Position numbers and translations under genes: made by a program. The notes under the pieces were generated by a model. That model was given only the letters and a program-made list of their open reading frames with translations, searched no databases and was not told the origin of the DNA. A DNA stretch of 62,545 nucleotides, filler included, from Globobulimina sp. (lineage: Eukaryota), in NCBI GenBank assembly GCA_003354225.1. It is 37 parts of 37 records of this genome, joined end to end, with 100 filler letters (N's around TTAATTAATTAA, not from the genome) between each part and the next. Parts side by side here need not be neighbours in the genome. Positions count along the whole stretch, not along the records: positions 59,262 to 60,853 come from PIVH01014407.1; positions 60,954 to 62,545 come from PIVH01014408.1; 35 more parts are not named here. One strand, given 5' to 3'. Of the stretch, positions 59,262 to 62,545 are shown piece by piece (the first letter of the stretch is position 1; every line of letters begins with the position of its first letter).

Positions 59262-60393
59262 CAAACAAAACAGAATATGGTTTAAATCGTTTGATGCAAT
59301 TAAACCATTCAAACAAAATAAATATAACACTTCCTCTCAAATTCGCTCTGGTCACAGATTTAGATCGAACCTTAGTTGATCATGACAGCAAATACAAACA
59401 AAATGATCAAAACGTTAAAGTTACGTAGATCCGTAAGCAATTAATATAACCTCAAAATGTTGAAATAATTAAATTAAGAGATTCAATGATTTGTGGTGCA
59501 ATGAATACGCCCCAAATAATTGTGTATTGATATATGCCACGGGGCGATCCGTAAAAGAATACAAGAAACTCATCAAAGAATGCAATATCTTAAAACCAGA
59601 CATATTAATATCTCACGATGGGTCAAGCATTCATTGGTTCAACAAATCACTGATTACACAAATTCAAACAAAATATAATCACAAAATAGGTTAATTATTT
59701 TTTGTTTTCTCCCATTTAAAAATTAAAAACAAATATATATATATAATAGATTTATCATTGTATGCTACAATAAACGCAACAAAGTTTATGTTTTATGATA
59801 AAGTCTGGGAAAGAATATTATGTCAAGGATGGAACAAAAGTTTTGTTGCACAAATCCACGAAGAGATTCATGACAAATTTGCCTTATCGTCATCGAAAAG
59901 TGAGTCTTTGGAAGCATTTCGTGTTGGAGTAAGCTGCAAAAATGAAGACTTAGCTAAAAAAGTACAAGAATATTACAAGAAGCGAGTGGATGAGTTTAAT
60001 GATACGAAGATGAATAAGGAAGAATTGATGGCAGTGCACACATTTACATGCATTGGAAAGAAGGTGGATTCTATAAATAATAAGCACGAGTTTTGGAGTA
60101 CAATGAGTCCAAAGAATGCAGGCAAAGGAGCAGCAGTCGAATTTGTGAGAAAGCAGTTAGGATTAAATAAGACAGATATAATTTGTATGGGTGACTCGGG
60201 CAATGATCTGAGTATGTTAGGCATGGATGGCTATAACAGTGTGGTTGTAGCAAATGCATCTTCTGCATTGTTGAGGTTTTATGACAAGAATCATGAGCAT
60301 CGGAATATGATTAAGACGAAACAAGTGTGCACATTAGGCGTTATCGAAGGATTGCTGCATTATGGGACACAATTATTGAACAATCAACATTGA
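59262..60393 (+). CDS. Sucrose-phosphatase-like HAD-IIB phosphatase, introns 59420-59478 and 59690-59749
   Basis: LVTDLDRTLVDH, RFNDLW, IYATGRS, LKPDILI, PKNAGKGAAV, GDSGND and VVANA. Confidence 0.82.
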
Positions 60394-60701
60394 GTCATTG
60401 ACTGAGAAGTGACCTGCCACATTATGATTATTGCAATTTATTATAATATTTAAATGATAAATGATTTTTCTCCTTGAACATAATCAACTCACAGTTTTCT
60501 ATGTAATTTATTGTCGAATCATACGATCAACTGAATACATGCAGCTTTTATTCCGTAAGGACTAAGGACCGTAACCTATTTGGATATAATCATAATTCAC
60601 CTATTTCTGCAGTATAATTATATCCAATTACAATTATTAACATTGCATTTTGAAATAATCTCAATCACTTTTAACACAAAACAGACATAGCAAACGTAAA
60701 G

Positions 60702-60853
60702 ATGATCCAAAACAATTTCAGTGAACAAATGAATTTTATCCGCAAAGTTTTAAAGAAGATACCAATTTTTTCTCGGTTAAATAAAGAAGAACAGAATATT
60801 TTAGCATCAGCAATGAAATTAAAATGTTTTAAAAAAGGTATAAAAATAATAAA
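60702..60853 (+). CDS. cNMP-binding domain N-terminal fragment
   Basis: IRKVLKKIPIFSRL...LASAM....FKKGIKII. Confidence 0.7.
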
Positions 60854-61212
60854 NNNNNNNNNNNNNNNNNNNNNNNNNNNNNNNNNNNNNNNNNNNNTTA
60901 ATTAATTAANNNNNNNNNNNNNNNNNNNNNNNNNNNNNNNNNNNNNNNNNNNNGTCAACGGCAACAAAGCATTTTATACTAAGTGCGTATACACACACTC
61001 TCTATCAAAAATTGTTACAATACGAACCTACGAACCAAAATTCAAAAATTCTAAAATAATTTTGAATTTTTGCTTCCGTGTTGTGTATTTTAACTAATTT
61101 TAATTTTGTTATTTGAATGATCAATTAATATTGAAACAACCTGTTCATTTATATTATTTATATCCAGAATATGGGAAATTTTAGCCAATTATTACTCTAA
61201 TTATATGAAACT

Positions 61213-62545
61213 ATGATGGAAGAATTGTTAAAATATAAGTATTACAGTGTACCAATAGATCCTTACTTTGGTCCATGCATTCAAGAAAATAAAAATCATG
61301 GATGGATAAAAGTGGCTAAAAACTGTTTAACTAATTTTTTTTACTTTTACCAAGACATTTATGAACCATTCATTTTCTATGGAATAATTCCTCAGAACCA
61401 TACAAACATTGTGGTGGAAATTATTTTCTCTCCCAATGGTTTAAACTGTCGCATTTTGAGAGATGAGCATCAGATATTAAGTGATAAAAAAGGCAAAAAT
61501 AATATATATATTTATAAAATAGACACTGCATTATTCGACATTGACGAAGATATCAGTAAAATGCAATACATTTTTCAACAATTTATAGACTTTATACATA
61601 ACATAAATCCCAGACGATATCGGCAATATCAATCAACGAGAAAACCAAATAGAAAACAAACGCACATGACACAGCACGAATATTTAAATGACAATCAATA
61701 TGACAGTGATTGTAGCAATTACAGCGATGACAGCGACGACAGCGACTTTGATGATTTTGGCATTTATCTCAGCGACGATGAAATAGAACAATATATGAAT
61801 TTTGATGATGATTATTGTTACAAGCAACATACCAAAGCATACAACAGCAACGATAGAAACATGAAAAACGATGAGTTGGACGATGAGCTGGGCGATGAAT
61901 GTATTATTTATCAAGTATCGGATACGTGCTCCTCCCCAACGTTTCGCAGTTGTTATGAATGTACGGATTCACAACACTCACAACTGCCACACTCACAAGA
62001 CTCACAAGTGGCGGCACAGCGTGCAGCCGCTTCATGCGTTGAAAGCAGTTATTTTGAACAACAGCGCATACAGATAATGGATGTACGTATACAGAATGAA
62101 AACGTATCGGTATACAAGCTCAGGAATGATAATACATTGTCATTGGAGAAAATGAAAGAGATTTACGAGCGCATCACCTATGACTTCCCGGCGGTTTATG
62201 GCAACAATAACCACATCGCAGTTAAAGGCGAAAATGATGTCATACTCAACGCTGTGAACGAAGACAAAATATATGCTCCAAATCCAAAGATTGAAGACGA
62301 GAAACCTCCGAATGGCATACAAGACGTCGAGAACCACATAAAACTAGAAACAGCCAATGTATATAGTAACATATTAGCGCTTGGCAACGGATTTGACGAC
62401 ATATACGCGGACGGCCAGGATAATGTGCTCATTGCAGCAGAAAATAAAGTAAATGTCAAAGTGAATCACCCGAAAATCGTCAAACAAATCCAGCCGAAGC
62501 CCAGTGTGGATGACGACGGCCATATACACATACACATGAATGACG
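61213..62545 (+). CDS. Long hypothetical ORF with Asp-rich tract (3' open; absent from the ORF track)
   Basis: Frame +1 is open from ATG 61213 to the window end (MMEELLKY...DDSDDSDFDD...HIHMND). Confidence 0.65.
   Translation, partial: MMEELLKYKYYSVPIDPYFGPCIQENKNHGWIKVAKNCLTNFFYFYQDIYEPFIFYGIIPQNHTNIVVEIIFSPNGLNCRILRDEHQILSDKKGKNNIYIYKIDTALFDIDEDISKMQYIFQQFIDFIHNINPRRYRQYQSTRKPNRKQTHMTQHEYLNDNQYDSDCSNYSDDSDDSDFDDFGIYLSDDEIEQYMNFDDDYCYKQHTKAYNSNDRNMKNDELDDELGDECIIYQVSDTCSSPTFRSCYECTDSQHSQLPHSQDSQVAAQRAAASCVESSYFEQQRIQIMDVRIQNENVSVYKLRNDNTLSLEKMKEIYERITYDFPAVYGNNNHIAVKGENDVILNAVNEDKIYAPNPKIEDEKPPNGIQDVENHIKLETANVYSNILALGNGFDDIYADGQDNVLIAAENKVNVKVNHPKIVKQIQPKPSVDDDGHIHIHMND

Larger units (their letters stand above)
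1..62545. other. Concatenation of 37 independent contigs separated by 100-bp artificial linkers
   Basis: The same N44-TTAATTAATTAA-N44 spacer recurs (first at 1595-1694). Contig lengths step down 1594, 1593, 1592 (1-1594, 1695-3288 ... 60954-62545). Confidence 0.98.

Noticed and set aside
1-62545. Operon-like or defence-island associations between neighbouring genes (for example RT next to ART, USP next to PPR)
   Set aside because: These genes are on different, length-sorted contigs, so adjacency carries no information.

Overview
This window is not one locus. It is 37 short, length-sorted contigs (1594, 1593 and 1592 bp) joined by artificial 100-bp linkers (44 N + TTAATTAATTAA + 44 N), so gene order means something only inside a contig. 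Most contigs are AT-rich eukaryotic DNA with short (about 58-73 bp) GT-AG introns and many 7TM-receptor, C-type lectin, TLDc, SAM, PPR and ART-like genes. That repertoire suggests a rhizarian protist, probably a foraminiferan, from an amplified single-cell or metagenomic assembly (inference). Recognisable genes include kinesin, PEX11, eIF4A, RNF32, Nup214/Nup159, gamma-COP (internally deleted), amino-acid transporters and kinases. Mobile elements include Harbinger, pogo-like, DIRS-like, an LTR element and a piggyBac-like end. One contig looks like giant-virus DNA, and some segments look bacterial or chimeric. The top finding is a complete hammerhead ribozyme core in a non-circularly permuted (pseudoknotted) strand order, inside a ~515-bp non-coding tandem and inverted repeat (retrozyme/Penelope-like). 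Other highlights are an intron-containing bacterial-type GH92 mannosidase, an intron-containing sucrose-phosphatase-like gene, an E2-ubiquitin-UBA-SAM fusion and an LTR element with an orphan 3' ORF. All calls are by eye; no database search or folding program was run.
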